This document shows positions 40,401 through 49,051 of a stretch of DNA of 64,000 nt, in pieces. The notes below the pieces were generated by a model. That model was not told the DNA's origin. It ran no database searches and saw only the letters and a list, made by a program, of their open reading frames with translations. This DNA is from Bacteroidales bacterium UBA5219. Lineage in GTDB: Bacteria; Bacteroidota; Bacteroidia; Bacteroidales; ML635J-15. Each line of letters opens with the position of its first letter. The stretch's first letter is position 1. Where the stretch lies: positions 74,401 through 138,400 of the forward strand of contig DHVB01000049.1 of NCBI GenBank assembly GCA_002412425.1. The letters run 5' to 3'. Made by a program: the position numbers and the translations under genes.

Positions 40401-41986
40401 TTCTTGAACCTGACGAATGGGAAGCAATGTTCTTAGAAGGTCCTAAATTTATATCTATTCACCCAAAACAAGACTCACTATATTTTGTCGCTCCAAGTGC
40501 TAGATATGATTATATAAATCATATTATTTATGCAGAAGGAGTTAAATTTATTAAAGTAGCTGATGCAACAATATATACTGAAGATGGAAATGTAACAATA
40601 GAAAAAGACGCTGTAATGCAAACATTACAAAATGCTAAAATTATTGCCAACTCTACCAGCAGACATCACACAGTCTATAATGCATCAGTAAATATTTATG
40701 GAAAGAAAAATTATAACGCTTTTGGAGATTATGATTTTATAAATTCTACTAAACAACCACAAACTATTCATTTAACAAAAATTGCAGTTGATGCTTCAGG
40801 ACAATCATATGGTACTGGCACAATTTTAGAACCTGACAATTTTACTATAAGCCCATATTATAAATATCAAGGAGATGTAACTTTTTATGCAAATAATCCT
40901 GAGCTAGAATTTAATGGTGCTACAAAAATTATTGATGACTGCGACACAACAATTTTTGGTTGGGTAAAATTCAAATCTTTCCTCGACCCTGAAGATATTT
41001 TCATAAAAATTGATTCCATAACATACAATATAAACAACACAAGATTATGTTCAGGTTTAGTTTTAGCAAATACCAACCAACTATACCCTGCATTTTTAAC
41101 AAGAAAACGAAACCAATACGACCAAGAAATTTTTTCTGCCAGCGGTTATTTGCACTACGACCAAGATGACGGAAAATTTATTATCGCACCAAAAGAAAAA
41201 ATCACCGAAACTTCTTTGCCAGGAAATTTAATTAGACGACATAAATCTATTTGTAATGTTTATGGAGAAGGAAAATTTGAATTCAGCAAAGATTTCGGAC
41301 TGTTCAAACCTAACGCTATTGGTAACTTTATGTGGTACCCAGAAACCGATACCACAGAAATAAATGTAAGTATGATTGCAGATGCTTACTTTAGTAATGC
41401 CGCATTAAAAGCAATGGCAGATAAACTAAACTCTACAGGAGGCTTGTCAGGACTAAACGTAAGAGATGATGTGTTTGAAAAAGCACTAATAGAATTTTTA
41501 GGAACTGAAAAGGCTGACCAATGGTTCTCTAATCTAAGTTTAGGTAATTACAATAAATTCCCAAAAGAATTAGAAAACAAACTTATTTTTACCGATTTAC
41601 AATTCTATTGGCATAGAGCTTTAACTTCCTTTGTACATTATGGACCTATTGGAATTGCTAATTTAGGTAAAGAACAAGTAAATAAATATGTTTTCGGTTT
41701 TATTAGAATAGAAAAATCTAGACGTGGCGATGTCTTTGAAATGCTTTTAGAGCCTGATTATTCAACTTGGTATTATATAAGATATAGTGCTGGAACATTT
41801 ACCATTATTTCTTCAGATGAAAACTTTAATAATATTGTTTACAACCAAAAGCCTAATCAAAGAGAAAAAACCGAAAATGGTGTCTTTTATCAATACGGCT
41901 TAGGAAGTTCTTCATATATGAAGAGATTTAAAAAAGATATGTACAAATTTTTCAAAATTGACGAAAACATAAATCTTGATGAATAA
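37472..41986 (+). CDS. Very large secreted hypothetical protein (1504 aa)
   Basis: Signal peptide (FFFALILISNLIFAQA). Uninterrupted 4.5-kb ORF with no recognisable catalytic motif. Its end overlaps the GWxTD gene start by 8 nt. Confidence 0.6.
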   Translation: MKKLVFFFALILISNLIFAQAFPTEPDRFIKSFNSELGYTGEVASTSKNLSKEFTTFWETDSLSFQEKEKFISTANNMAAKGCKGYPDFVCLADNRMWFSRKAFDNSQYEIYEKGIFDILNAGKRPKLNDLSDYLLSFNYLLSKDIIAKNPRTHWKVENNSFELKYDKGIKIQLSKVNLIGYQGVDSLKIYRTDAEYYPSQNLWKGVGGTVGWERVGYSLDSIQAQLSNYQINTKNVSLTADSVTFNNVMYIKKPMLGRLIDKTGNLDNPKKSDYPKFTSYNQHYYLKNFVPGIDYEGGFSVHGSSFIASGTKEEPATMLLTKSDSIYMEAKSLAFYLDTKIIISDQCAISLHFGEDSIYHPYLTFKYYIHPRFLELIRSREGMNQVNYSNSYHQINMDFTWMKWFVDKYKIEFTTMRTADSKEPNKALFESADYFRLERYRDIQKKDAQHPLAVITNFISSFWGSNDFQLNDLAKWMGYSPQQVVQMVLDLAYRGFLNYDPQSQEIIVYPNAWTFLQAYKNQKDSDVIQFYSVTDSNKTNAEFSLINFDLKIDGIREIHLSDSQNIRVFPNNKKITLQKNRTFTFDGTIQAGQFYFYGSNYKFDYNRFMIELNQCDSMKMVAETDFLDSDGTYKPAIVRNKLEQINGEFYIDEPLNKSGRQDFPEYPKLISNEKTYVYYDRPDVYNGIYKRNNFYFEVDPFELDSIKGYSRDNLRFKGTLYSADIFPPIKETLVLRKNDFSLGFNTRTGPVGLPLYSGKATFWHEIDLSNQGLRGSGRIEYLAANMNPDYLIFFPKFMEGHTPNFELKKQSAPIEYPKVEGRDNTLRWNVEDDDFMIKRDTSNFTMYEGKGSFEGDLNLKSSGLEGDGTMFIDKAKIASDLISFKQNVFDSDTANFDLYTINALNVDFKSDNVKTHIDFIDRKGVFKSNGENTIWTFPKNKYMSEMNEMTWYMDKEEIAISADTDVLEKLEKEGAFLEPDEWEAMFLEGPKFISIHPKQDSLYFVAPSARYDYINHIIYAEGVKFIKVADATIYTEDGNVTIEKDAVMQTLQNAKIIANSTSRHHTVYNASVNIYGKKNYNAFGDYDFINSTKQPQTIHLTKIAVDASGQSYGTGTILEPDNFTISPYYKYQGDVTFYANNPELEFNGATKIIDDCDTTIFGWVKFKSFLDPEDIFIKIDSITYNINNTRLCSGLVLANTNQLYPAFLTRKRNQYDQEIFSASGYLHYDQDDGKFIIAPKEKITETSLPGNLIRRHKSICNVYGEGKFEFSKDFGLFKPNAIGNFMWYPETDTTEINVSMIADAYFSNAALKAMADKLNSTGGLSGLNVRDDVFEKALIEFLGTEKADQWFSNLSLGNYNKFPKELENKLIFTDLQFYWHRALTSFVHYGPIGIANLGKEQVNKYVFGFIRIEKSRRGDVFEMLLEPDYSTWYYIRYSAGTFTIISSDENFNNIVYNQKPNQREKTENGVFYQYGLGSSSYMKRFKKDMYKFFKIDENINLDE

Positions 41987-43259
41987 AGCTAATATATCTA
42001 TTTGCGTTATTATATGTATAATTCTAATACAAGCTTGCGTTGGAGTACAGCCTCAAAACCAGACTTCACGTCCAAGTTCGTATAAATATAATTTTGCCTC
42101 TCGTTACAACCCTTCTTCAGCAGAAATACAGCCCGAAGTAAGAATTTTTGCAAAATCTAAAACCGAAGCTTTAGTTTTTTACAAAATTCCTACTAACGAA
42201 ATCCAAAAAACTGTAAACACTATTGATGATGATGCTAGACTAATAGTAAAATATACTTTAAGAAATGCTGATAATTTCGCCATTGTTGATAGTGGAACGG
42301 TGGTTAACATGATTAATCTTAAACAAACAAATGAAGAGTTTAATTCATATTTTACAGTAAATACTCCAAATCAAGAAAATTATAAAATAATTATCAGTAT
42401 TTACGGCGAAAAAGCTAATACAGGGAAACGACTACTTGAAGACATTGAACTAAAGCAAAATAATGAAGTATTTTTCTTTCCAAAAATTTTGAAAAAAAAC
42501 GAAGAAGAAGTTTTATACACTAACTTTATTAACTCAAATAACACATACAAACTTAGTAGCAATATTTGTGGACCTATTGTAAAAATTGATTATTACAAAA
42601 TAACCGAACATGTACATTTACCACCTTATTATATTGCTCCTTCTCAAAATGTTGACGCAACACCAGATTCCACATTTACATATACATTAAGTGACAGTAT
42701 AAAATTTAATAAAAAAGGAATTTATTTTATCCGCGAACAAAATCAAAGTTCTGGTGGACTATGCTTAATTAATATTGACGACTATTTTCCTGAAATTAAA
42801 ACTGTGGAATCAATGTTAGAACCACTTAAACTACTAACTACCAATAAAGAATATAAAGAGATTGCAAATTCAGAAAATTTAAAACAAGCTATAGATTATT
42901 TTTGGCTCACTAAATCTCAAAGTCAGAAATTTGCAAAAGAACAAATACGGGTTTTTTACAATAGAGTAGCTTTGGCAAATAAATATTTTAGCGAAAATAA
43001 AGAAGGTTGGAAAACAGATAGAGGAATGATTTACATAATGTTTGGACCACCATCAATTATAAATATCAGCACAAACCAAGAAGAGTGGTTTTATGGCGAA
43101 GATCCTGATGTCGCTGGAATATTTTTTCTATTCACTAGAACTGAGACACCTAGCTATAATAAATCTTGGATTTTACATAGAGACGCAAATTACCAAACTG
43201 TTTGGGCTCAAGCACTACAGATTTGGAGAAGTGGAAAAATATTTACAATTACAAATTAA
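41979..43259 (+). CDS. GWxTD domain-containing lipoprotein
   Basis: Lipoprotein signal (IILIQAC). Diagnostic KEGWKTDRGMIYIMFGPPS (GWxTD) motif near the C-terminus. Confidence 0.8.
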   Translation: MNKANISICVIICIILIQACVGVQPQNQTSRPSSYKYNFASRYNPSSAEIQPEVRIFAKSKTEALVFYKIPTNEIQKTVNTIDDDARLIVKYTLRNADNFAIVDSGTVVNMINLKQTNEEFNSYFTVNTPNQENYKIIISIYGEKANTGKRLLEDIELKQNNEVFFFPKILKKNEEEVLYTNFINSNNTYKLSSNICGPIVKIDYYKITEHVHLPPYYIAPSQNVDATPDSTFTYTLSDSIKFNKKGIYFIREQNQSSGGLCLINIDDYFPEIKTVESMLEPLKLLTTNKEYKEIANSENLKQAIDYFWLTKSQSQKFAKEQIRVFYNRVALANKYFSENKEGWKTDRGMIYIMFGPPSIINISTNQEEWFYGEDPDVAGIFFLFTRTETPSYNKSWILHRDANYQTVWAQALQIWRSGKIFTITN

Positions 43260-43263
43260 AAAA

Positions 43264-44007
43264 ATGGAAAATTTTATTTTTGGACTACATCCTGTAAACG
43301 AAGCAATTAAATCTGGAAAAGAAATTGATAAAGTTTTGGTTAAAAAAAACTTAACTGGAAATATTGCACTAAAATTAGTTTCAGAAATTCGTCAACAAGG
43401 AATTACTATACAATATGTGCCTCAAGAAAAACTTGATAAAATTTGTAAACACAATCATCAAGGCATAATTGCTTATGTGTCGCCAATTAAATACCAAAAT
43501 TTAGAAGAAGTTATCATCAAAATTCAAGATGAAAATAAAACTCCATTAATAATAATTTTAGATGGAGTTACAGATGTAAGAAATTTTGGAGCTATTGCTC
43601 GCTCTTGCGAATGTGCGGGAGCTTCTGCAATAGTAATTCCAACAAGTGGCAGTGTAAGAATTAGCGATGAAGCAATTAAAACCTCTGCTGGAGCATTGTA
43701 TAATATTCCAATTTGCAAAGTTGAAAATTTAATAGATGCTGTTTTGCTTTTAAATCAAATGAATATTGAAGTTGTTGCTGTTACGGAAAAAGCCGAAAGA
43801 TTAATTTACGAACTCGACCTAACAACAGCTTGTGCTTTAATTTTAGGTGCCGAAGACAAAGGAATTTCAAACTCTCTTATAAAACGAGCCGACAAAAAAG
43901 CCAAAATTCCATTATATGGAAAAACATCTTCTTTAAATGTTTCAGTGTCTGCGGCTTTGGCAGTTTACGAAGCTATACGACAAAGAATGAATTCAGTTGA
44001 AAGTTAA
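43264..44007 (+). CDS. rlmB: 23S rRNA (guanosine-2'-O)-methyltransferase, SpoU/TrmH family (RlmB-like)
   Basis: The start at MENFIFGLHPVNEAIKSG (ATG 43264) avoids a 167-nt overlap with the upstream gene. SpoU motifs LDGVTDVRNFGAIARS, LILGAEDKGIS and SLNVSVSAALAVYE. The stop codon lies inside repeat 43993-44074. Confidence 0.85.
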   Translation: MENFIFGLHPVNEAIKSGKEIDKVLVKKNLTGNIALKLVSEIRQQGITIQYVPQEKLDKICKHNHQGIIAYVSPIKYQNLEEVIIKIQDENKTPLIIILDGVTDVRNFGAIARSCECAGASAIVIPTSGSVRISDEAIKTSAGALYNIPICKVENLIDAVLLLNQMNIEVVAVTEKAERLIYELDLTTACALILGAEDKGISNSLIKRADKKAKIPLYGKTSSLNVSVSAALAVYEAIRQRMNSVES

Positions 44008-44074
44008 AAGTTGAAAGTTAAAAGAGGCTGACGCGTCTAACAAAGTGCGACTTTCGACTTTTAACTTTTAACTC
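43993..44074 (+). repeat. Mosaic word-doublet element forming a 23-24-bp stem, exactly filling the rlmB/Trx-PKD convergent gap
   Basis: TCAGTTGAAAGTTAAAAGTTGAAAGTTAAAAG, then AGGCTGACGCGTCTAACAAAGTGCGA, then CTTTCGACTTTTAACTTTTAACT. The arms pair with only G-U wobbles. It contains the rlmB stop (44005-44007) and abuts the minus-strand gene's stop (44073-44075). Confidence 0.85.
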
Positions 44075-46193
44075 ATCTTATAATGCTGATCTTTTCCGTT
44101 TTAATCTTACCTTTAGTAAATATTCTAGCGTAATAAATTCCTGAAGCAATTCCGTTAGTATTAAATTCAATTACTTCGCTTCCAGCTTCAGCAAATTTCA
44201 TTTGTAGCATTTTTCCTGTTCTGTCAAAAATTTCAACAAAATCGCCTTTATCGAAAGACAATGAGTTCACAATAAACAAATTATCTCCGCATGGATTTGG
44301 ATAAACTGTTATTCCAGTTTCAATTTCTTCGTCTTCAATTCCAACAAGGCAAGTCATTGGTCTTATTCCTGTAGATGTTGAAATTTGATAAGCAGAAGGA
44401 GAAGAATACCATTCTTCGTTTTTATATACAAATAAAGTATTGTCGTTGCCATGTCCTCGATTTGGAGCCATTCCCACTACAAATTCGTCGCCAGCAGCAT
44501 AGTTAATTGAATATCCTAAATAAAATGGACCATCAACTTTAAGAGGCTCGTCAAACATTATTACTTGAAAATAATTTTGTCTCAAAGTTCTCAAAAGCAC
44601 TTTTTGACTTGATAAAACAGTTGTAGGTTTTGGGTCTGCACCATCCCAAGTAATAAATCTAATATAAGCATTATCCGAACCATATGACAATTTCATTACA
44701 GGAACAATAATTCCTCTTATCTCATTAAAAGTATGAAAATCATAATAATCGGCATACATGCTAATTCTATCACTATTTTGTCCGCCATAATAACCTGTCA
44801 TTCCATTTATTTGCATAGCTATTGGTTGTTCGCCTTGTTTAAAATTACCTATTGTATCGCAAACTTCGCCAACAAAAGAGTCGTAAACAACAATATAATC
44901 TTTCTTGGTTAACATCGAAGAACCATTAATATTTCCAACATTTAGAGTAACGTCAAAAAAGCCTGTGTTTTGATAACGAACTCCATTTGGTTGTAATTGA
45001 GTATTAGAGCTTGATGGTTCTCCTCCTTCAAAATACCAAGACCAAAACATTGGATTATTTGTTGATAAATCCTCAAAAAAGACTGGAGTATCACGTTTAA
45101 TCAAGCGATTAGAAGTTGTAAAATTGGCAACAGGAGCATCTGGACCAACTTCTGGAATAACTCTAATGTAATTTTCAATTAACAAAGTATCATAGCCTTG
45201 AGAGTTACGAACAATTAACTGAACATTATATTCACCTGGTGTATTATAAACAATATTTTGAGGATTTTGTGCTGCAGAATTTGCAGGCAAACCACCTTCA
45301 AACTCCCATTTCCATTGGAATGGAAAATCCCAACTTAGGTCTGTAAAGTTTACAGAATTACCAACAATAACAATTACTTGATCAGCAGTAAACCAAGCTG
45401 TTGGAGTAGTATCAGCAATCTCATAAACATGAACATATTTAGTTTTAACTATCTCATCACTATTTCCAAATTCATTTGCAACTTTAAGTTTTACCTTATG
45501 ATAACCAGGAACATTATAAATAATTTCAGGTGGATTTTGACCATTAAAACTATCTGGAGTGCCGTTTTCAAACTCCCAAAGCCAAGTTGCAATAGGATTT
45601 TGCGATAAGTCAGAAAAAATAACTCCTGTATTTACAGGAAGCAACAAAGGGTCGCCAGAAAAATCAGCAATGGGCCAATCTTCTGGACAAGCATTTCTGT
45701 TAATTCCAATTTCTTGAAGACCTTGAACAGTATTTATATCAACTTCTTGGTCATCATCCCAAATAACACTTCTATCTGGTTTAATTAAAATTTTAGTTGG
45801 ATAAGCTTCTATTCCATAATAGTTAACGACAGCACCTCCATGCCCCTCAACAGCACTACAAAGAGGGAAAATAGTATTATGTTCATCTCTATAATTAATA
45901 GCTATTTCATTGGTTACACCCTGAGAAAAAAGACCAAGAACTACTAATTCAAATTCATTACAACCAAAACTTGAATATATATTATTTATCGTCGGGACAG
46001 ACGCAATACAGCCAGATCAACCAGCTAATATAAATTCTATATAAACATGTTTACCTGCATCTAAATAAGTGAAAAGATTATGCTCAACACCATCGAGATC
46101 TGTTATAGTAAAATCCACAGCTTGAGTTGGTTGTTGCGCAAAACTTACGTATGACAAGGCTAACAAAGATAATAAACAAAATAACTTTTTCAT
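44073..46193 (-). CDS. Thioredoxin-fold (TlpA/redoxin-like) + 3x PKD + T9SS sorting-domain protein with one in-frame TGA at the CxxC position (candidate selenoprotein; alternatively a nonsense pseudogene)
   Basis: ORFs 46017-46229 and 44073-45647 are in the same frame (offset 1944 = 3x648). Hand translation of 45648-46016 shows no stop. The reading is MKKLFCLLSLLALSYVSFAQ...GKHVYIEFILAG-TGA-SGCIASVPTINNIY...IEAYPTKILIKPDRSVIWDD, followed by three PKD repeats and the CTD VYPNPCGDNLFIV...GIYYARI. Confidence 0.55.
45990..46003 (-). promoter_or_regulatory. Candidate SECIS-like stem-loop downstream of the in-frame UGA
   Basis: The mRNA reads UGA-UCUGGCUGUAUUG-CGUC-UGUCCC-GACG. This is a 4-bp GC-rich stem with a 6-nt loop containing GU. 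The loop starts 17 nt after the UGA, and weak AU/GU pairing can extend the lower stem. Confidence 0.3.
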
Positions 46194-46262
46194 ATTAATA
46201 AAAATTTTACCATTATTTGCAATTTTCAAAGATAGTAAATTAATTAATATAAACGTTTTGAA

Positions 46263-47201
46263 TTAAACTTTTTTTTCTCTAAAAGTTTTATCTCCATGTA
46301 AAATACTTGCATTTAGCTCAAATCCGAGAATTAAAGATAAAGAACTGATATAAATTAAAAGCATTACAACTATTACAGTTCCGATAGAGCCATAAAGTTT
46401 ATTATACTGTGCAAAATTATTTACATAAAATGTAAAACCTAATACAGTTATAACTTGTAAAAAAGTTGCAAAAATAGCACCAGGACTTATAAATTTGAAC
46501 TTGTTCTTTTTTGAAGGAGCAAAATAAAACAAAATAGAAATTGCCAAAAAGTATAAAACCAAGACTATCAACCACTTAACCACACCAGTCAAAGTTACTA
46601 ATATACCTTTTGATAAAATTTCTGGGTGATGAGAAAAAAACTTTAATATAAAAGTATTACTCATCACAATCAAACTTATTGCGAGCATTATCAACAAGCT
46701 GATTCCAATCACAGAAATTAAAGCTACTATTCTAAGATTAAGAGATTTACGAGTTTCTATATTATGAGAGGTTTTGTTAAAAGCTTCTATAAGAGACATT
46801 ATTCCATTTGAGGAGAAATATATCATCAATAAAATACTTAGAGAAAGAAGTTTTGTATTTTGCTGCATGATTGTATCTGTAATAGTTTCATAAAACAATT
46901 CGTATGCTGATGCTGGTAAAACATTCTCTAAAATCTTAAAAAGCTCTAATTGAAAACCATCTATTGGAATAAAAGGAATTAAAGTAAACAAAAAAATCAA
47001 TGCTGGGAATAATGATATAAACATATTAAACGAAACCGCGGCTGCTCGCATTGTTACAGAACTTTTTCTTATCCCTTGAAAGAAAAATTTTCCTATATAA
47101 TATAAAGACAAGCCTTTAAATCCCGGCAGTATAATTTTGCTCCCAATCTTTTTGATTAATAACAAAAACTTAATGTATAAATTACGGAATTTTCTTCTCA
47201 C
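46263..47201 (-). CDS. YihY/BrkB family inner-membrane protein
   Basis: 312 aa with 6 TM helices. Conserved N-terminal region (MRAAAVSFNMFISLFPALIFL) and YGSIGTVIVVMLLIYISS. Confidence 0.85.
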   Translation of the reverse strand: MRRKFRNLYIKFLLLIKKIGSKIILPGFKGLSLYYIGKFFFQGIRKSSVTMRAAAVSFNMFISLFPALIFLFTLIPFIPIDGFQLELFKILENVLPASAYELFYETITDTIMQQNTKLLSLSILLMIYFSSNGIMSLIEAFNKTSHNIETRKSLNLRIVALISVIGISLLIMLAISLIVMSNTFILKFFSHHPEILSKGILVTLTGVVKWLIVLVLYFLAISILFYFAPSKKNKFKFISPGAIFATFLQVITVLGFTFYVNNFAQYNKLYGSIGTVIVVMLLIYISSLSLILGFELNASILHGDKTFREKKV

Positions 47202-48049
47202 GCTTTTTCTACAATTAAACTTAGGTCTAAACTTTTTACATGATGAGTAAGAGCTCCTGATGAAATATAATCAACACCACATTCTGCATAATCTGTAAGC
47301 GTTTCAAAAGTAATTCCACCCGAAGATTCAATTTTATATCTACCGTCTATAAGTTCTACTGCAAGTTTTGTGTCTGCAATATTAAAGTTGTCTAACATTA
47401 TTATGTCAACATTGCCAACTTCTAGCACTTTTTTAAGCTCATCAATATTTCTTACTTCTATCTCAATTTTTAGGTTTAAATTTTTGTCCTTTAAATATTG
47501 ATTTGTCTTGTTAATTGCTTTTTCCAAACCTCCTGCAAAATCAATATGATTATCTTTAAGCATAATCATATCATAAAGACCTATTCTATGATTTTTGCCA
47601 CCGCCAATTTTAACGGCTTCTTTTTCAATTAATCTTAATCCAGGAGTTGTTTTGCGTGTATCTAAAATTTTTGTTTTATAAGGTTTTAATGCTTCTGCAT
47701 ATTTGGCGGTTTCGGTTGCAATTCCGCTCATTCTTTGCATAAAATTAAGCATTGTTCTCTCAACTTTAAGAATCTCTTGGCGAAAACCAGAAATTTCTAA
47801 AACTAGATCTCCCTTTTTTATTTTTTCTCCGTCATTAATATAAATATCGGTTTTCAAATTTGGAGAAAAATATTGGCAAACTTTTTTAGCAACTTCTACT
47901 CCTGCCAAAACGCCATTTGCTTTAGCAATAAGTTTAGCTTTACCAGTTGCCGAAGCATCAATACAAGCCAAAGAAGAGTGGTCGCCATCGCCAACATCTT
48001 CTTTATAGGCTCTTTCTATTAAAGAGTTTAAATATGTTTCAGGGATCAT
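47198..48049 (-). CDS. nadC: Nicotinate-nucleotide diphosphorylase (carboxylating)
   Basis: ILDTRKTTPGLR, KNHRIGLYDMIMLKDNH and IMLDN motifs. 4-nt overlaps with both neighbouring genes. Confidence 0.93.
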   Translation of the reverse strand: MIPETYLNSLIERAYKEDVGDGDHSSLACIDASATGKAKLIAKANGVLAGVEVAKKVCQYFSPNLKTDIYINDGEKIKKGDLVLEISGFRQEILKVERTMLNFMQRMSGIATETAKYAEALKPYKTKILDTRKTTPGLRLIEKEAVKIGGGKNHRIGLYDMIMLKDNHIDFAGGLEKAINKTNQYLKDKNLNLKIEIEVRNIDELKKVLEVGNVDIIMLDNFNIADTKLAVELIDGRYKIESSGGITFETLTDYAECGVDYISSGALTHHVKSLDLSLIVEKA

Positions 48050-48447
48050 TCTTTTTCTATACGCATTTGATGTACCAAAGGTTTGCCACCACTTTCTTTC
48101 ACAAGAAAATACACTCTATAAGTTTTTCCATCTTCGGTTTCAAGATTTCCAATTGCGTATTGAGCTCCAGATTTTCCTCCTTGATGTAAAAGCGTAAAGT
48201 TTTTAACTTTATTTTTATCAAAAAAGTTTTTTAATATTTGTTCTGCCTGCTGTTTACTATAAACATCTTCTTTATCAAGAATTACTAATTCAACAGTAGT
48301 GTTAAAATATTTTGTCAATTCTGTTGAATTTCCAACTTTCATTGCATCAAAGATTTTTGGCGGAATATCAAAAACCGGAAAAGCAAAAACACTTGAGCAA
48401 AAAGCCATGACAAAAGATAAAACAACTAATTTTTTTAAATTTTTCAT
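48046..48447 (-). CDS. Small secreted protein, DUF4783-like
   Basis: 133 aa with a signal peptide. Pattern MKVGNSTELTKYFNTTVELVI...QAEQILKNFF...FTLLHQGG. Family assignment is from memory. Translationally coupled to nadC. Confidence 0.5.
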   Translation of the reverse strand: MKNLKKLVVLSFVMAFCSSVFAFPVFDIPPKIFDAMKVGNSTELTKYFNTTVELVILDKEDVYSKQQAEQILKNFFDKNKVKNFTLLHQGGKSGAQYAIGNLETEDGKTYRVYFLVKESGGKPLVHQMRIEKE

Positions 48448-48577
48448 TATTTATTAAATTAAAAAGTTTTTAAATACTGTAATCTTACTACAAATACCGA
48501 ACCAAAAAATTTCAAGTCGCAAGATAATAATAATTTCATTCTTTTAATATATCTTTATCACAAATTTTTAATTCATT

Positions 48578-49051
48578 ATGAACATTTTATTAATTGCAGT
48601 CGGTAAAACAGACCTTAACTCAATTTCACACTTATGCGACGACTATTTTAAACGCATAAAAAGATATATAAATTTTGAATTTAAAATTATTAAAGACATT
48701 AAAACTACTGCCAAAACAAATGAGTCTATACAGAAAAAACTTGAAGGCGAAAAAATATTATCAGAATTATCAAGTAGCGATTTTGTTGTGCTTTTAGACG
48801 AAAAAGCTAAAGAATTTACAAGTCGTGAATTTGCTTCTTTTCTTGAAAAACAAATGAATATGTCAACAAAAAATCTTATTTTTGTAATTGGTGGCGCCTA
48901 TGGTTTTTCACAAGAAGTGTATGATAGAGCTAATTTAAAATTTTCTTTATCGCAAATGACCTTTTCGCATCAAATAATTAGAATTATATTTGCAGAACAA
49001 CTTTATAGAGCTTTTACAATAATTAATAACGAACCATACCATCATGATTAA
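48578..49051 (+). CDS. rlmH: 23S rRNA (pseudouridine1915-N3)-methyltransferase
   Basis: 157 aa of the SPOUT family. FVIGGAYGFS and LSLSQMTFSHQIIRIIFAEQLYRAF motifs. Confidence 0.92.
   Translation: MNILLIAVGKTDLNSISHLCDDYFKRIKRYINFEFKIIKDIKTTAKTNESIQKKLEGEKILSELSSSDFVVLLDEKAKEFTSREFASFLEKQMNMSTKNLIFVIGGAYGFSQEVYDRANLKFSLSQMTFSHQIIRIIFAEQLYRAFTIINNEPYHHD

Noticed and set aside
43093-43263. Long N-terminal extension of rlmB (ORF start at 43093)
   Set aside because: It would overlap the GWxTD gene by 167 nt. The extension has no homology-like features, and the SpoU/RlmB N-terminus (MENFIFGLHPVNEAI) begins at the ATG at 43264.
46017-46019. Genome-wide reassignment of TGA (code 4 Trp or code 25 Gly) as the explanation for the in-frame TGA
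   Set aside because: TGA terminates at least four well-defined genes in this window (tpiA 36646-36648, nadC 47198-47200, the DUF4783-like gene 48046-48048, and the Trx-PKD gene itself at 44073-44075). Ten ORFs of 628 to 1504 aa are uninterrupted under the standard code.
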